From NCBI GenBank assembly GCA_963845565.1, contig CAWJSJ010000002.1, positions 2,656,001 to 2,720,000 on the forward strand: a stretch of 64,000 nucleotides of DNA, written 5' to 3'. The translations under genes and the position numbers were made by a program. How positions within the stretch are numbered: position 1 is the first letter of the stretch; each line of letters opens with the position of its first letter. This document shows, piece after piece, positions 42,485 to 52,373 of this stretch. This stretch comes from an uncultured Methylomirabilota bacterium. Lineage in GTDB: Bacteria; Methylomirabilota; Methylomirabilia; Methylomirabilales; 2-02-FULL-66-22. Under the pieces are notes generated by a model that was given only the letters and a program-made list of their open reading frames with translations, did not search any database and was not told where the DNA came from.

Positions 42485-43131
42485 CGGTGACAGACCGAGC
42501 AGCTTTCGAGCCGCTGGATCTTGTATTCGGCGACCAGCTTCTTGCCGAGGGCGGCCTGATCGGCAGGCGGCGTCCACGTCATGCTGAAGACCTGCTCGCG
42601 CGGCCGGACGAACCGCTCCGGATTGCGGTGGCACTCCAGGCACCATTCCATGTACAGCGTGTTGACGCGCCAGGTGAGGGGCATCTGATCCACGCGCCCG
42701 TGGCACGTGACGCAGGCCATCCCCTTTTTCACGTGGATGCTGTGATCGAAATAGACGAAGTCCGCCACCTTGTGGACGCGCACCCACTCGATCGGCTTGC
42801 CGGTCCGGTAACTCTCCCGCACTGGCTCCAGCATGGGGGCGTCGGCCCAGAGCTGGGCGTGGCAGTTCATGCACGTCTTGGTGGGCGGGATACCCGCGAA
42901 GGAGGATTGTTCGACCGAGGTATGGCAGTACCGGCAGTCGATCCCGGCGTCGGCCACGTGGTGCTTGTGGCTGAACGGCACCGGTTGCTGCACGGCGACG
43001 CCGACGCCCGACACGTAGGGGGACCGTACGAACGCGCCCACGGCCCAGCCGATGCCGGCCAGGATGAAGACCGCGCCGAAGATGCTGACCTTGGCGAGAA
43101 CGTTAGTGCTGCGATGGAAGATTTGAGCCAT
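42481..43131 (-). CDS. actA: Alternative complex III pentaheme cytochrome c ActA
   Basis: N-terminal TM; five CxxCH (CRYCH, CMNCH, CVTCH, CLECH, CSVCH). Confidence 0.95.
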   Translation of the reverse strand: MAQIFHRSTNVLAKVSIFGAVFILAGIGWAVGAFVRSPYVSGVGVAVQQPVPFSHKHHVADAGIDCRYCHTSVEQSSFAGIPPTKTCMNCHAQLWADAPMLEPVRESYRTGKPIEWVRVHKVADFVYFDHSIHVKKGMACVTCHGRVDQMPLTWRVNTLYMEWCLECHRNPERFVRPREQVFSMTWTPPADQAALGKKLVAEYKIQRLESCSVCHR

Positions 43132-43194
43132 CAGGGCGTCGCGTTGTGCCGGTTGAGATGACCCAGAACAGGATACACGCGCCGAACGAGCGGG

Positions 43195-43223
43195 ATAGTA
43201 TGCTACTAACTTCACAAAGACAA
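43195..43223 (-). promoter_or_regulatory. Sigma70-type promoter of the act-cox operon
   Basis: TTGTCT-N17-TACTAT on the minus strand, about 65 bp before actA. Confidence 0.55.
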
Positions 43224-43510
43224 CTCCAAAAAAGAGCGAGTCAGTGTCGAATTTCCACGAGGGAGCGCGCGGCGCACGGACGGTCACCGAAGGGCCATCG
43301 GCCGCGGATCAGCGATGCGGACCGCGGAGCGGGCACGTCCTCCGGGCGCCCGCGCCACCCGCTCGCGATCTGCAGCGTGTTGTCGAACCCGCCGCGGCTT
43401 TGGCTATCGCCGCGCGCGCTGGCGTGGTAAAGTCAACCCCGGCTGCCGGGGGTAGAGGCGATGCGGCGCGCTCGCGCCGCGGATCGGCGGGGAGCGAGGG
43501 ACGGATACGC

Positions 43511-44488
43511 ATGGAGCAGGTTGTGGAGCAACCGCGTCTCGAACAGGGTGAGGTCGACGGCCCGGCCGTGCTGGTCGACGGCCTCAGTCATCGGTACGGC
43601 GATCGCGTCGCGCTCTCGGACGTCACGCTCTCCGTCGCGCGCGGGGAGATCTTCGGGCTGCTTGGGCCGAACGGGGGCGGGAAGACGACGCTCTTCAAGA
43701 TCCTCTCGACGCTGCTCGGCACGACCGCGGGGCGGGTGACCGTGTTCGGCCACGATCTGGCGCAGGAGGCTGCCCACGTGCGACGCCACCTGGGGGTGGT
43801 CTTCCAGCGGCCGAGTCTGGACCCCAAGCTCACGGTTATGGAAAACCTGCGTCACCACGGGCACCTCTACGGGATGCAGGGACGACCGCTGCGGGAGCGG
43901 GCGGACGCCCTCCTGGCCCGGTTGGGTTTGCCGGAACGGGCCGGCGAGCGAGTGGAGACGCTCTCCGGCGGTCTGCAGCGTCGCGTCGAGTTGGCCAAGG
44001 CCCTCATGCACCACCCGGATCTCCTGCTGTTGGACGAGCCGTCCGCGGGGCTCGATCCCGGCGCCCGCCGCGACTTCACCCATTACCTGGAGCACCTGCG
44101 GGCCGAGGAGGGGGTCACCATCCTGCTCACGACGCACATCCTCGATGAAGCGGAGCGTTGCGATCGCCTGGGGATTCTGCACCAGGGAAAACTGGTGGCC
44201 CAGGGAACGCCGGGCGCGTTGAAGGCGGCGGTCGGCGGAGACGTGGTGGTCATCCATTCCCATGCGGCGGCGGCGCTCGGTGTCAAGATCCGGGAGCGGT
44301 TCGGCTGCGATCCCGTCGTGGTGGATGGAAACCTCCGGGTGGAGATGCCGGAGGGGCACGAGTTCGCGCGGGAGATCGTGAACGACTTCGGCAGCGAAGT
44401 CGAGACGGTGTCGTTCGGGCGGCCCACACTGGAGGACGTGTTCATTCACCTCACAGGGTCGCATCTGTGGGGCGAGGGTGGCATATGA
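43511..44488 (+). CDS. ABC-2 type transporter ATP-binding protein
   Basis: GPNGGGKT, LSGG, LLLDEP, C-terminal PTLEDVF. Confidence 0.92.
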   Translation: MEQVVEQPRLEQGEVDGPAVLVDGLSHRYGDRVALSDVTLSVARGEIFGLLGPNGGGKTTLFKILSTLLGTTAGRVTVFGHDLAQEAAHVRRHLGVVFQRPSLDPKLTVMENLRHHGHLYGMQGRPLRERADALLARLGLPERAGERVETLSGGLQRRVELAKALMHHPDLLLLDEPSAGLDPGARRDFTHYLEHLRAEEGVTILLTTHILDEAERCDRLGILHQGKLVAQGTPGALKAAVGGDVVVIHSHAAAALGVKIRERFGCDPVVVDGNLRVEMPEGHEFAREIVNDFGSEVETVSFGRPTLEDVFIHLTGSHLWGEGGI

Positions 44489-45282
44489 GGGAGACGGGAC
44501 TGGCAGAGACCGCGCTTGCGGTGTGGACGCTCTGTCGGCGGGAATTGATCCGCTTCTTCCGGCAGCGGAGTCGTGTAATAGGCGCGGTCGTCCAGCCCTT
44601 GGTTTTCTGGCTGCTGGTGGGTTCGGGATTTCGGGCCTCCTTCCGCCCGCCCGGCGTCCCGCAGGGGACCACGTATGCGGAATACGCCTACCCGGGCATC
44701 CTCGCCATGGTCTTGCTGTTCACCGCGATCTTCGCCACCATCTCGGTGGTGGAGGATCGGCGCGCTGGATTCCTGCAGGGAGTCCTGGTCGCCCCGGTGA
44801 GCCGCGGGACCATCGTCCTCGGTCAGGCGCTCGGATGCACCGCGCTGGCCCTGTTGCAGGGGGTGGGCTTTCTGCTCCTGGCACCGGTGGCCGGCGTGCC
44901 GCTCTCGTTCCTGGCGGTGTTCGCCACCACCGCCGTCATGGCGCTGCTGGGCTTCGGCCTGTCGAGCCTCGGTCTGGCGATCGCCTGGCGACTCGATTCC
45001 ACCCAGGGATTCCACGCCATCATGAATCTGGTGCTGCTGCCCATGTGGGTTCTCTCCGGGGCCTTCTTCCCGAGTGCCGGCGTGCCCGGCTGGATGCGCT
45101 GGGCCATGGGAGTGAATCCCATGACGTACGGCTTGGCCGCCATCCGCCGGTGCCTTTACCTTGGTTCCCCGGAGGCGGCGGGGGCGGTGCCGGCACTGGC
45201 CGGCGCCTTGACGGTGACGATGCTCTTCGGAGGCGTGGCGTTCGCCGCGGCGGTGTGGGTTGCCACGCGGAAACCGGCCTGA
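44485..45282 (+). CDS. ABC-2 type transporter permease
   Basis: Six TM; EDRRAGFLQGVLVAPVSR, LSGAFFP, NPMTYG. Confidence 0.9.
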   Translation: MRETGLAETALAVWTLCRRELIRFFRQRSRVIGAVVQPLVFWLLVGSGFRASFRPPGVPQGTTYAEYAYPGILAMVLLFTAIFATISVVEDRRAGFLQGVLVAPVSRGTIVLGQALGCTALALLQGVGFLLLAPVAGVPLSFLAVFATTAVMALLGFGLSSLGLAIAWRLDSTQGFHAIMNLVLLPMWVLSGAFFPSAGVPGWMRWAMGVNPMTYGLAAIRRCLYLGSPEAAGAVPALAGALTVTMLFGGVAFAAAVWVATRKPA

Positions 45283-45294
45283 GAGGAGGGCGGC

Positions 45295-45723
45295 GTGATC
45301 AGTCTCGCGACGTGGATTCTCTGGGTGCACATCCTGGCGGCGGCGCTCTGGCTGGGCGGTGCGGCGACAGTGCGCACGGTGGTGTTGCCATTCGAGGGCG
45401 CGGCACGGGCAGCCGCGGCCCGGCGGGCGCAGTTTCTGACCTCGCGCGCCATGGAAGTCCTGCTCCTCACCGGCGTCATCAACGTCCTGCTGAAAGGCCT
45501 CCAGGGCGGCTTCACGCTCGGTCGGGGGTTCTTCGCGATGCTCTCCCTCAAGATGGCGCTCCTGGTCGTGATGGCGGGTCTCCAGATCTGGATGGGTGTG
45601 ATCTGGCGGCGCACAGGCGCCGGCGAGACCGACGCCGTGCGCCGGGCACGGGTGGGCCTGAGCCTCCAGTGCGCGTTGGGTGCCGTGGCCGCCTTGCTGG
45701 GCCTGGGTCTCCGCGCCGCCTGA
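45295..45723 (+). CDS. CopD/DUF4149-like four-TM membrane protein
   Basis: WVHILAAALWLGG, LLLTG, LKMAL; GAGGAGG SD. Confidence 0.65.
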   Translation: MISLATWILWVHILAAALWLGGAATVRTVVLPFEGAARAAAARRAQFLTSRAMEVLLLTGVINVLLKGLQGGFTLGRGFFAMLSLKMALLVVMAGLQIWMGVIWRRTGAGETDAVRRARVGLSLQCALGAVAALLGLGLRAA

Positions 45724-45913
45724 TGCGCCGGGCGGCCTCCAGCGCCTGCCTGGTGATCCCCCCATCCTCTATCCTGGAATAGACCTGCCTCAGCGTTGGG
45801 GACCGTTTCCACGCGCCCGTCCCATCGGTGTTTTTGTGTGCCTTCCTCGCCGGGACCGCGTCCACGCTTGTGCAAATTTGCTCAGACTTTCCGCGAGTTT
45901 TCGCTTGACAAGA

Positions 45914-45960
45914 ACACAAGATATAGGGCATAAAGTGTCGGCCTGCCCAAGATGTTGCGC
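45914..45960. promoter_or_regulatory. Tandem NrdR boxes in the nrdJ promoter region
   Basis: ACACAAGATATAGGGC (45914-45929) and GCCCAAGATGTTGCGC (45945-45960), 31 bp apart, just after TTGACA at 45905. Confidence 0.78.
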
Positions 45961-46101
45961 CAAATGGCCTGGGAAGGATCCAGACGAAGGTCGCGGAAGG
46001 ATACCGGGTTCCGGGGGTTCCGACGGGTTCCGGATCCGGTTTTCGGGTGGGTCCGACGCGGGTCGGTCACGAGGTGCTCGATAGGTATGGAGGAAGTTGC
46101 T

Positions 46102-48427
46102 ATGGCAGAGCTCGCGCGTCCGTTGAAGCAAGGCCAGTGGTCGGAATCCGCGCTGCGGGTCTTGCGGGAACGATATCTGGACCGATCACGCAAGGGCGGT
46201 GGCGACGCGCTGGCGCCAGGCGCCGGAACACGCGAGACTGCCGAGGACATGTGCTGGCGGGTGGCGACGGCCATTGCGAGCGCCGAGGCGACGTGGGGTC
46301 GGACGCCGCAACAGATCCACGAGGCGGCCAGCCAGTTCTACGAGTTGATGGTGGACGGCGCGTTTCTGCCAAATTCCCCCACGCTGATGAACGCCGGCAA
46401 AGACAACGGCCTGCAGTACTCGGCCTGCTTCGTCCTTCCGGTGGGCGACTCCATGGACCAGATCTTCGAGGCCGTCAAGCGCGCCGCCATCATCCACAAG
46501 AGCGGCGGGGGAACCGGATTCGCCTTTTCGCGGCTTCGACCCAAGGATACCGAGGTCCGGTCCACCGGCGGGAAGGCCAGCGGGCCGGTGAGCTTCCTGC
46601 GGGTCTTCAACGGCGCCACCGAGGCGGTCAAGCAGGGCGGCACCCGGCGCGGTGCCAACATGGGCATCCTGAAAGTGGATCACCCGGACATCCTGGAGTT
46701 CATCCACTGCAAGATGGACGGCGGCATCAGCAACTTCAATATCTCCGTGTCGATCACCGAGCCCTTCATGGAGGCCCTGGCAAAGAACGGCGAGTACGAG
46801 TTGCGGGACCCGCACACCCACGAGGTGGCGGGTCGCCTCAAGGCCCGCGAGGTCTTCGACCGCATCGTGAAGGCGGCCTGGCAGACGGGCGATCCCGGTC
46901 TGGTCTTCATCGACCGCGTGAACGGCGGCCCGGCCAATCCGGTCCCGGACCTGGAGACGATCGAGGCCACCAATCCCTGCGGTGAGCAGCCCCTGGCTCC
47001 CAACGACGCTTGTAACCTCGGGTCCATCAATCTGGACAAGTTCGGCCGTCCGGGCGATCCGACGGGGCCGATCGCCTGGGATGCGCTGGAGCGGGCGGTT
47101 CGCCTGGGGGTGCGTTTCCTGGATGACGTGATCCAGGTGAACCCGTACCCCTTGCCGGAGATCATGGACCAGGTCCACCGGAACCGCCGGATCGGTCTCG
47201 GCGTGATGGGCTGGTCGGACCTCCTGATCCAGCTCGGGATTCCCTATGACAGTCAGGCCGCGCTGGATCTGGGCGGCAAGGCCATGGAGTTCATCACCAC
47301 GATCGGCCGGGACGAATCGGCGCGGCTGGCCGAGGAACGGGGTCCGTTCCCGAATTGGTCCAAGAGCATTTACCGGAACGCCCGCCCGCTCCGGAACTCC
47401 ACGGTGACGACCATCGCCCCCACCGGGACGATCAGCATCATCGCCGGCTGCTCGTCGGGGATCGAACCCCTCTTCGCGGTGGCGTACAGCCACATCGTGG
47501 GGGACCGACACCTGACGTTCGTGAATCCCCACTTCGAGGCGGTGGCGCGGAAGCGCGGCTTCTACAGCGAGGCGCTGATGGAGGCGGTGGCGGAGCACGG
47601 GACCGTGCACGACATCGCCGAGGTGCCGGAGGACGTCCGCCGGGTCTTCGTCACCGCGCACGAGATCGCGCCCGAGTGGCACGTCCGCATGCAGGCCGCT
47701 TTCCAAAAGGCCACGGACAATGGCGTCTCCAAGACGATCAACCTGGCCAACTCGGCCACGGTCGAGGACGTCGCCCGGGCCTACCAGATGGCGTATGACC
47801 TGGGATGCCTCGGGATCACGGTCTTCCGGGATGGTTGTAAGTCGGCCCACGGCGGCCAGGTGCTCCACGTCGGGACCGGCGGCGCGGGGGAAGGACGTGC
47901 TGGAAGAGCACGAGGGGGTGGCCCACGTTCCGACGACGGTCAGCCCGCGTCCGCGGACGCTGCGCGGGGTGACGTTCCGGGTGGACACCCCGCTTGGCAC
48001 CGGGTACGTCCACGTGAATCAGAACACCTCGGGGGAGCCGTTCGAGGTCTTTCTGAACGTGGGCAAGGCGGGGAGCGACGTCCAGGCGGACGCCGAGGCG
48101 CTGGGCCGGCTCATCTCGCTGATCCTGCGCATGCCCTCGCCGTTGACGCCGCGCGAACGGGTGGAGGAGATCGTCAAGCAGCTCGACCGGATCGGCGGGC
48201 GCCGCGATGCCGGCATGGGGCCGGGGCGCGTCCGATCCATCCCCGATGCCATCGCGCAGGTCCTGGCGGAGCATACCGGATTGCGCGAGCCGGGCGAGGA
48301 GCACGTCCGGGAGGTTCGGGAGGGGCGGCCCAAGGCCAGCGACATGTGTCCGGACTGCCAGAACTTCACGCTCGTCTTCGAAGAAGGCTGCCAAAAATGC
48401 CACGTCTGCGGCTTCAGCGAGTGCTAG
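46102..48427 (+). CDS. nrdJ: Class II (adenosylcobalamin-dependent) ribonucleotide reductase with a +1 frameshift at the G5 run 47886-47890
   Basis: FLPNSPTLMNAG, SACFV, RRGANM, TNPCGEQ, TIAPTGT, SKTIN; TSCPD-like domain and CPDC..CHVCGFSEC in second frame; span 2326 = 3n+1. Confidence 0.92.
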
Positions 48428-48436
48428 GGAAGTGAG

Positions 48437-48631
48437 ATGCGCGAACGGCGGGATCGCCTGGATTCCAGCGCCCAGTACCTGGTCCTCTGCCGAGCCTGTG
48501 CCGAGTTGTATGCGGAGATCGCCGCGTTCTTCTCCGAGCGGCCCGACGTCGTCGTTGTGGTGGACCGCCGGCGGGTGGAGACGGCTCCGCGAGGGTACCT
48601 CGACCCCGTGCTCCCGGAAATTGTGGCGTGA
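48437..48631 (+). CDS. Small hypothetical protein with VVVDRR motif
   Basis: 64-aa ORF 9 bp after the nrdJ stop; GC3-biased codons. Confidence 0.6.
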   Translation: MRERRDRLDSSAQYLVLCRACAELYAEIAAFFSERPDVVVVVDRRRVETAPRGYLDPVLPEIVA

Positions 48632-48763
48632 GCCGGGAGAGATGACGGGAGGAGAGACAGGCAAGCCGGCGACTGGGCAATCGGGCAAGTAGAGAGGCCC
48701 CCTATAACGTTCTTCGTCGCCGGTTCTCGAACCTCGAACCGAGAACCCCGAACCGGAGCCTTC

Positions 48764-49315
48764 ATGTCCATCAAGTCGGATCGGTGGATCACCCGCATGG
48801 CGCGCGAGCATCGGATGATCGAACCGTTCTCGGACAGCCAGGTGCGGAACGGCATCTCCTACGGGGTGTCCTCGTACGGGTACGACATCCGGGTTGCCGA
48901 CGAGTTCAAGATCTTCACCAACGTGAACTCCACGATCGTGGATCCGAAACGGTTCGATGAGCAGTCGTTCGTGGACTTCAGGGGCGAGGTGTGTCTGGTG
49001 CCGCCCAACTCCTTTGCGCTGGCCCGGACCGTGGAGTACTTCCGGATTCCCCGGAGTGTCCTGACCCTGTGCCTCGGGAAATCCACCTATGCCCGGTGCG
49101 GGATCATCGTGAACGTGACCCCCTTCGAACCCGAGTGGGAGGGGACGGCGACCCTGGAGATCAGCAACACCACGCCGCTCCCGGCCAAGATCTACGCCAA
49201 CGAGGGGATCGCCCAGGTGATCTTTTTCGAATCCGATGAAGTCTGTCAGACGTCGTACGCGGACAAGAAGGGAAAGTACCAGGCCCAGCGCGCCATCACG
49301 CTCCCGAAGATTTGA
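48764..49315 (+). CDS. dcd: dCTP deaminase
   Basis: [40 protein letters not shown]. Confidence 0.96.
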   Translation: MSIKSDRWITRMAREHRMIEPFSDSQVRNGISYGVSSYGYDIRVADEFKIFTNVNSTIVDPKRFDEQSFVDFRGEVCLVPPNSFALARTVEYFRIPRSVLTLCLGKSTYARCGIIVNVTPFEPEWEGTATLEISNTTPLPAKIYANEGIAQVIFFESDEVCQTSYADKKGKYQAQRAITLPKI

Positions 49316-49369
49316 TGATGCGCCGCGTGGGATCTGGTGCTGATTGCTGACGGCGCCGATTCGCTGCTG

Positions 49370-49470
49370 AGGAGCCGTTACGAAAAAACTGGTCCATTGT
49401 TTGGAATTTCGTTACGGCTCCTTATGCCGTTTCCAAGATTTCTCCGGTCAAGTTATTCTTTGACAACGGC
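49370..49470. repeat. Palindromic MITE/REP-like element, copy A
   Basis: Arms AGGAGCCGTTACGAAA (49370-49385) / TTTCGTTACGGCTCCT (49407-49422), 15/16 complementary; 49443-49470 matches the reverse complement of 52226-52253 at 27/28. Confidence 0.75.
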
Positions 49471-49488
49471 CTTCCTCCGAGGGACGCC

Positions 49489-49701
49489 ATGAAGATCGAG
49501 ATCGACGCTGCGCATGATCTGGTCAAGGTCAATCTCCTTGCGGACGTGCCCGTCGCAGAGTCGAAGGAGACCGAGGGCATGGTCTTCGGCTATGCGGCCG
49601 ACCGCCGCATCGTCCAGATCGAGATCCGCGGCGCCAAGAGCCGGATCAACGGCGAGCTCCTGAAACTGATCGACCCCGCCTTCGCCCGATCCGCGGCCTG
49701 A
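49489..49701 (+). CDS. DUF2283-like small protein
   Basis: MKIEID..D...ESKE..GMVFGY...IVQIEI pattern, 70 aa. Confidence 0.7.
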   Translation: MKIEIDAAHDLVKVNLLADVPVAESKETEGMVFGYAADRRIVQIEIRGAKSRINGELLKLIDPAFARSAA

Positions 49702-50021
49702 CCCCGACGACCCCGCCCTCCATGCGGTAATCGCGCGGCGCCGCGTGAGCCGTCCAGCAGGACCAATCCTGAATTCCCCTTGACACTCCGAGTGGGGGTG
49801 GGGCATGCTGCGCTACCCAGGGGGGCACGGCTCCGCGATTCACGGCCGGTCGGGTCGAGGTTGCCTGAGTCGTCCGCCGCGGCAAACATAAACCATGCAC
49901 CGTTTCGCTCTGTGCGGGATCCCCGGGACGACGCGTTCGACGGCGCCGCACCGGGGAGACCTGTATTCACGGCCGAGACTTGCGAGCGTTGACCGAACAG
50001 GGGAGACAAGGAGGGGACACG

Positions 50022-50306
50022 ATGGCGGGACTGGACTTCAAGGCGCCGGTGGCGAGGGAGCAGGAGGATGCGGCGATTGTCGCCCACAACACGCGCATGG
50101 GCGTGATCCTGTTCGTCGTCTATGTCGCGTTCTACGGAGGGTTCATGGCCCTGAGCGCGTTTTGGACCGAGCTGATGAGCGTGCCCGTTCTGGGCGGGGT
50201 AAATCTGGCCGTGGTCTATGGGTTCGCGCTGATCGCCGCCGCGCTGCTCCTGGCGCTGGTCTACATGCGGGTGTGCCGCAAGTCGAAGGAGGGGGGCTCG
50301 AAATGA
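50022..50306 (+). CDS. DUF485 (YjcH-like) small membrane protein
   Basis: Two TM, GGVNLAVVYG; AAGGAGG SD; ATGA overlap with actP. Confidence 0.85.
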   Translation: MAGLDFKAPVAREQEDAAIVAHNTRMGVILFVVYVAFYGGFMALSAFWTELMSVPVLGGVNLAVVYGFALIAAALLLALVYMRVCRKSKEGGSK

Positions 50307-52225
50307 TCCACGAGACCTCCTGGATTGCCGTCCTGATCTTCCTATTCTTCGCCGGATCCGTCCTGGGCATCAGCTTCTACCTGGGTTCGCGCGCCAAATC
50401 GGCCAGCGGGTACTTCGCCGCCGGCGGCGGCATCCACTGGGCCGTCAACGGGGTGGCGTTTGCCGGGGACTACCTGTCGGCGGCCTCGTTTCTCGGCATC
50501 TGCGGGATGATTGCCTTCTTCGGCTACGACGGGTTCCTGTACTCCATCGGGTACCTCGCCGGGTGGATCGTGGCGTTGTTCATCATCGCCGAGCCGCTGA
50601 AGCGGCTGGGGCGATACACCTTTGCCGACGCGCTGGACAATCAATTCAACTCCCGCGGCATCAAGCTGGCGGCGGCCATCAGCACGCTGGTGGTCAGTTG
50701 CTTCTATCTGATCCCGCAGATGGTGGGAGCCGGGGCCCTGGTGCAGCCGCTCCTGGGATTCCCGCACTATGTGGGCGTGATCGTGGTGGGCTGCGTGGTG
50801 ACGCTGATCGTCACGACGGCGGGCATGGTCTCGACCACCTGGGTGCAGTTCATCAAGGGAACGATGTTGGTCCTCCTGTGCGCGTTCATCACGGTGCTGA
50901 TCCTGCTCCGGGGCGTCACGACCCGGCCGACGGATGCCGACGGCCGCGAGGTGCGGATCGCGAAACGCGGCGTGCCGGCCGCCGAGGTCACAGGTGCGGC
51001 CGGGGTGCAGGTCTTGGCCGAGGAGGGCGCCTGGCGCGGCAAGCCCTATGTGCGCATCAAGAGCGCCGCCGGCCCGGTGGCGGTCTGGCGCAAGGACGGT
51101 GATCTGCTGTCCGAGACCCAGACGATCACGGCGCAGCAGGACGGGCGGAAGCTGGTCAATGGGCGGCCGCGGGGCAAGGGGCCGGGCGAGGCGGATCTCT
51201 CGCCGGTGGGCTATGCGTCGAAGCTGCCCAACGGCGTGGAGCGAACCGGCGCCATCGGCCCGCTGGCGTTCTTGCAGACCATGCAGGAGAGTGACGTCAT
51301 CCAGTGGGCGCCCGAGAAAATTGTCGAGTCGGATGGCAGCGTGACGACGGTGTTTTCCCAGCGGGTGGCCTCGGGCAAGGATTTCATGACGCCCGGCTCC
51401 AGCCCCACCTTCAAGAAGGTCCGCAGCGCGAAGCTGTTCGACAAGCTCGATTTTCTGTCCCTGATGCTGGCGCTGTTCTGCGGCACGGCGTCCCTGCCGC
51501 ACATCCTGATTCGGTATTACACGGTCAAGGACCAGATCAGCGCCCGGAAGAGCACGGTGGTGGGGATCGCGGCCATCGGCTTCTTCTACGTGCTGACGCT
51601 CTACCTCGGGCTGGGAGCGATGACCAGCGGAGCGTTGGACATCACCGATTCCAACATGTCGGCCCCCCTCCTGGCCCGCAGCTTCAGCGAGCTGCTGTTC
51701 GCGGTGCTGTCGGCCGTGGCCTTCACCACGGTGCTGGGGACGGTGAGCGGCCTGATCATGGCCGCCAGCGGCGCCGTGGCGCACGATCTGATGACCAACT
51801 TCCTTCAGATGAAACTGGACGAGTTCCAGAAGGTGCGCGCCGCCAAGATCGCCGCGATGTGCGTGGGGGTGGTGGCCATCGTGCTGGGGATCCTGTTCGC
51901 CAGGATGAACGTCAACTTCCTGGTCGGGTGGGCGTTTAACATCGCCGCCTCGGCCAATCTTCCCGCGCTGGTGATGCTCCTGTTCTGGAAGCGGACGACC
52001 AAGGAAGGCATCACCGCCGCCATCATCGTCGGGATGCTGTCGTCCCTGGGATGGATCCTGCTGAGCGCGCAGGCCTTCAGCGACGTCTACGGTTTGAATC
52101 CGGCGAACGCCATCGTGCCCTTCAGTCAGCCGGCGATCGTGACGATCCCGTTGGGTTTCTTGGTGCTGATCGTGGTCTCGCTCTTCACGAAGCCCGCTCG
52201 GGTTTCGGCGGTGGTCGCTCGGTAA
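50303..52225 (+). CDS. actP: Cation/acetate symporter, ActP-like (SSS family), with a large soluble insertion
   Basis: NGVAFAGDYLSAASFLG, YLIPQMVGAG, TTWVQFIK, GTASLPHILIRYYTV, AASANLP. Confidence 0.88.
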   Translation: MIHETSWIAVLIFLFFAGSVLGISFYLGSRAKSASGYFAAGGGIHWAVNGVAFAGDYLSAASFLGICGMIAFFGYDGFLYSIGYLAGWIVALFIIAEPLKRLGRYTFADALDNQFNSRGIKLAAAISTLVVSCFYLIPQMVGAGALVQPLLGFPHYVGVIVVGCVVTLIVTTAGMVSTTWVQFIKGTMLVLLCAFITVLILLRGVTTRPTDADGREVRIAKRGVPAAEVTGAAGVQVLAEEGAWRGKPYVRIKSAAGPVAVWRKDGDLLSETQTITAQQDGRKLVNGRPRGKGPGEADLSPVGYASKLPNGVERTGAIGPLAFLQTMQESDVIQWAPEKIVESDGSVTTVFSQRVASGKDFMTPGSSPTFKKVRSAKLFDKLDFLSLMLALFCGTASLPHILIRYYTVKDQISARKSTVVGIAAIGFFYVLTLYLGLGAMTSGALDITDSNMSAPLLARSFSELLFAVLSAVAFTTVLGTVSGLIMAASGAVAHDLMTNFLQMKLDEFQKVRAAKIAAMCVGVVAIVLGILFARMNVNFLVGWAFNIAASANLPALVMLLFWKRTTKEGITAAIIVGMLSSLGWILLSAQAFSDVYGLNPANAIVPFSQPAIVTIPLGFLVLIVVSLFTKPARVSAVVAR

Positions 52226-52282
52226 GCCGTTGTCAAGGAATAACTTGACCGGAAATGGACCAAGGATTTCGTAACTGCGCCT
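52226..52282. repeat. MITE/REP-like element, copy B (inverted relative to copy A)
   Basis: Begins immediately after the actP TAA stop; reverse complement aligns to 49370-49398 (23/29) and 49443-49470 (27/28). Confidence 0.75.
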
Positions 52283-52373
52283 GATCGCGGGGCCGCCCCG
52301 CGATCCCACACGTTACCACGGCCGGCTTGGAGCACTCGCTCCGGGCCGGCCGTTTCTTTCGGGCGGGGCGGGG

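Noticed and set aside
43200..43217. Rex-like operator in the act promoter (TTGTGAA half-site on the minus strand)
   Set aside because: Only one half-site matches; the second arm is absent
45961..46101. Cobalamin riboswitch upstream of B12-dependent nrdJ
   Set aside because: No recognisable B12-box or conserved core; NrdR boxes explain the regulation
45952..46101. ORF-track N-terminal extensions of nrdJ and other genes (ccmC, ccmF, ccmG, actB, actP, ftcD)
   Set aside because: Downstream starts have SD sequences or stop/start overlaps and match family N-termini
49838..49975. 11-bp direct repeat ATTCACGGCCG in the DUF485-actP leader
   Set aside because: Short, only two copies, could be chance
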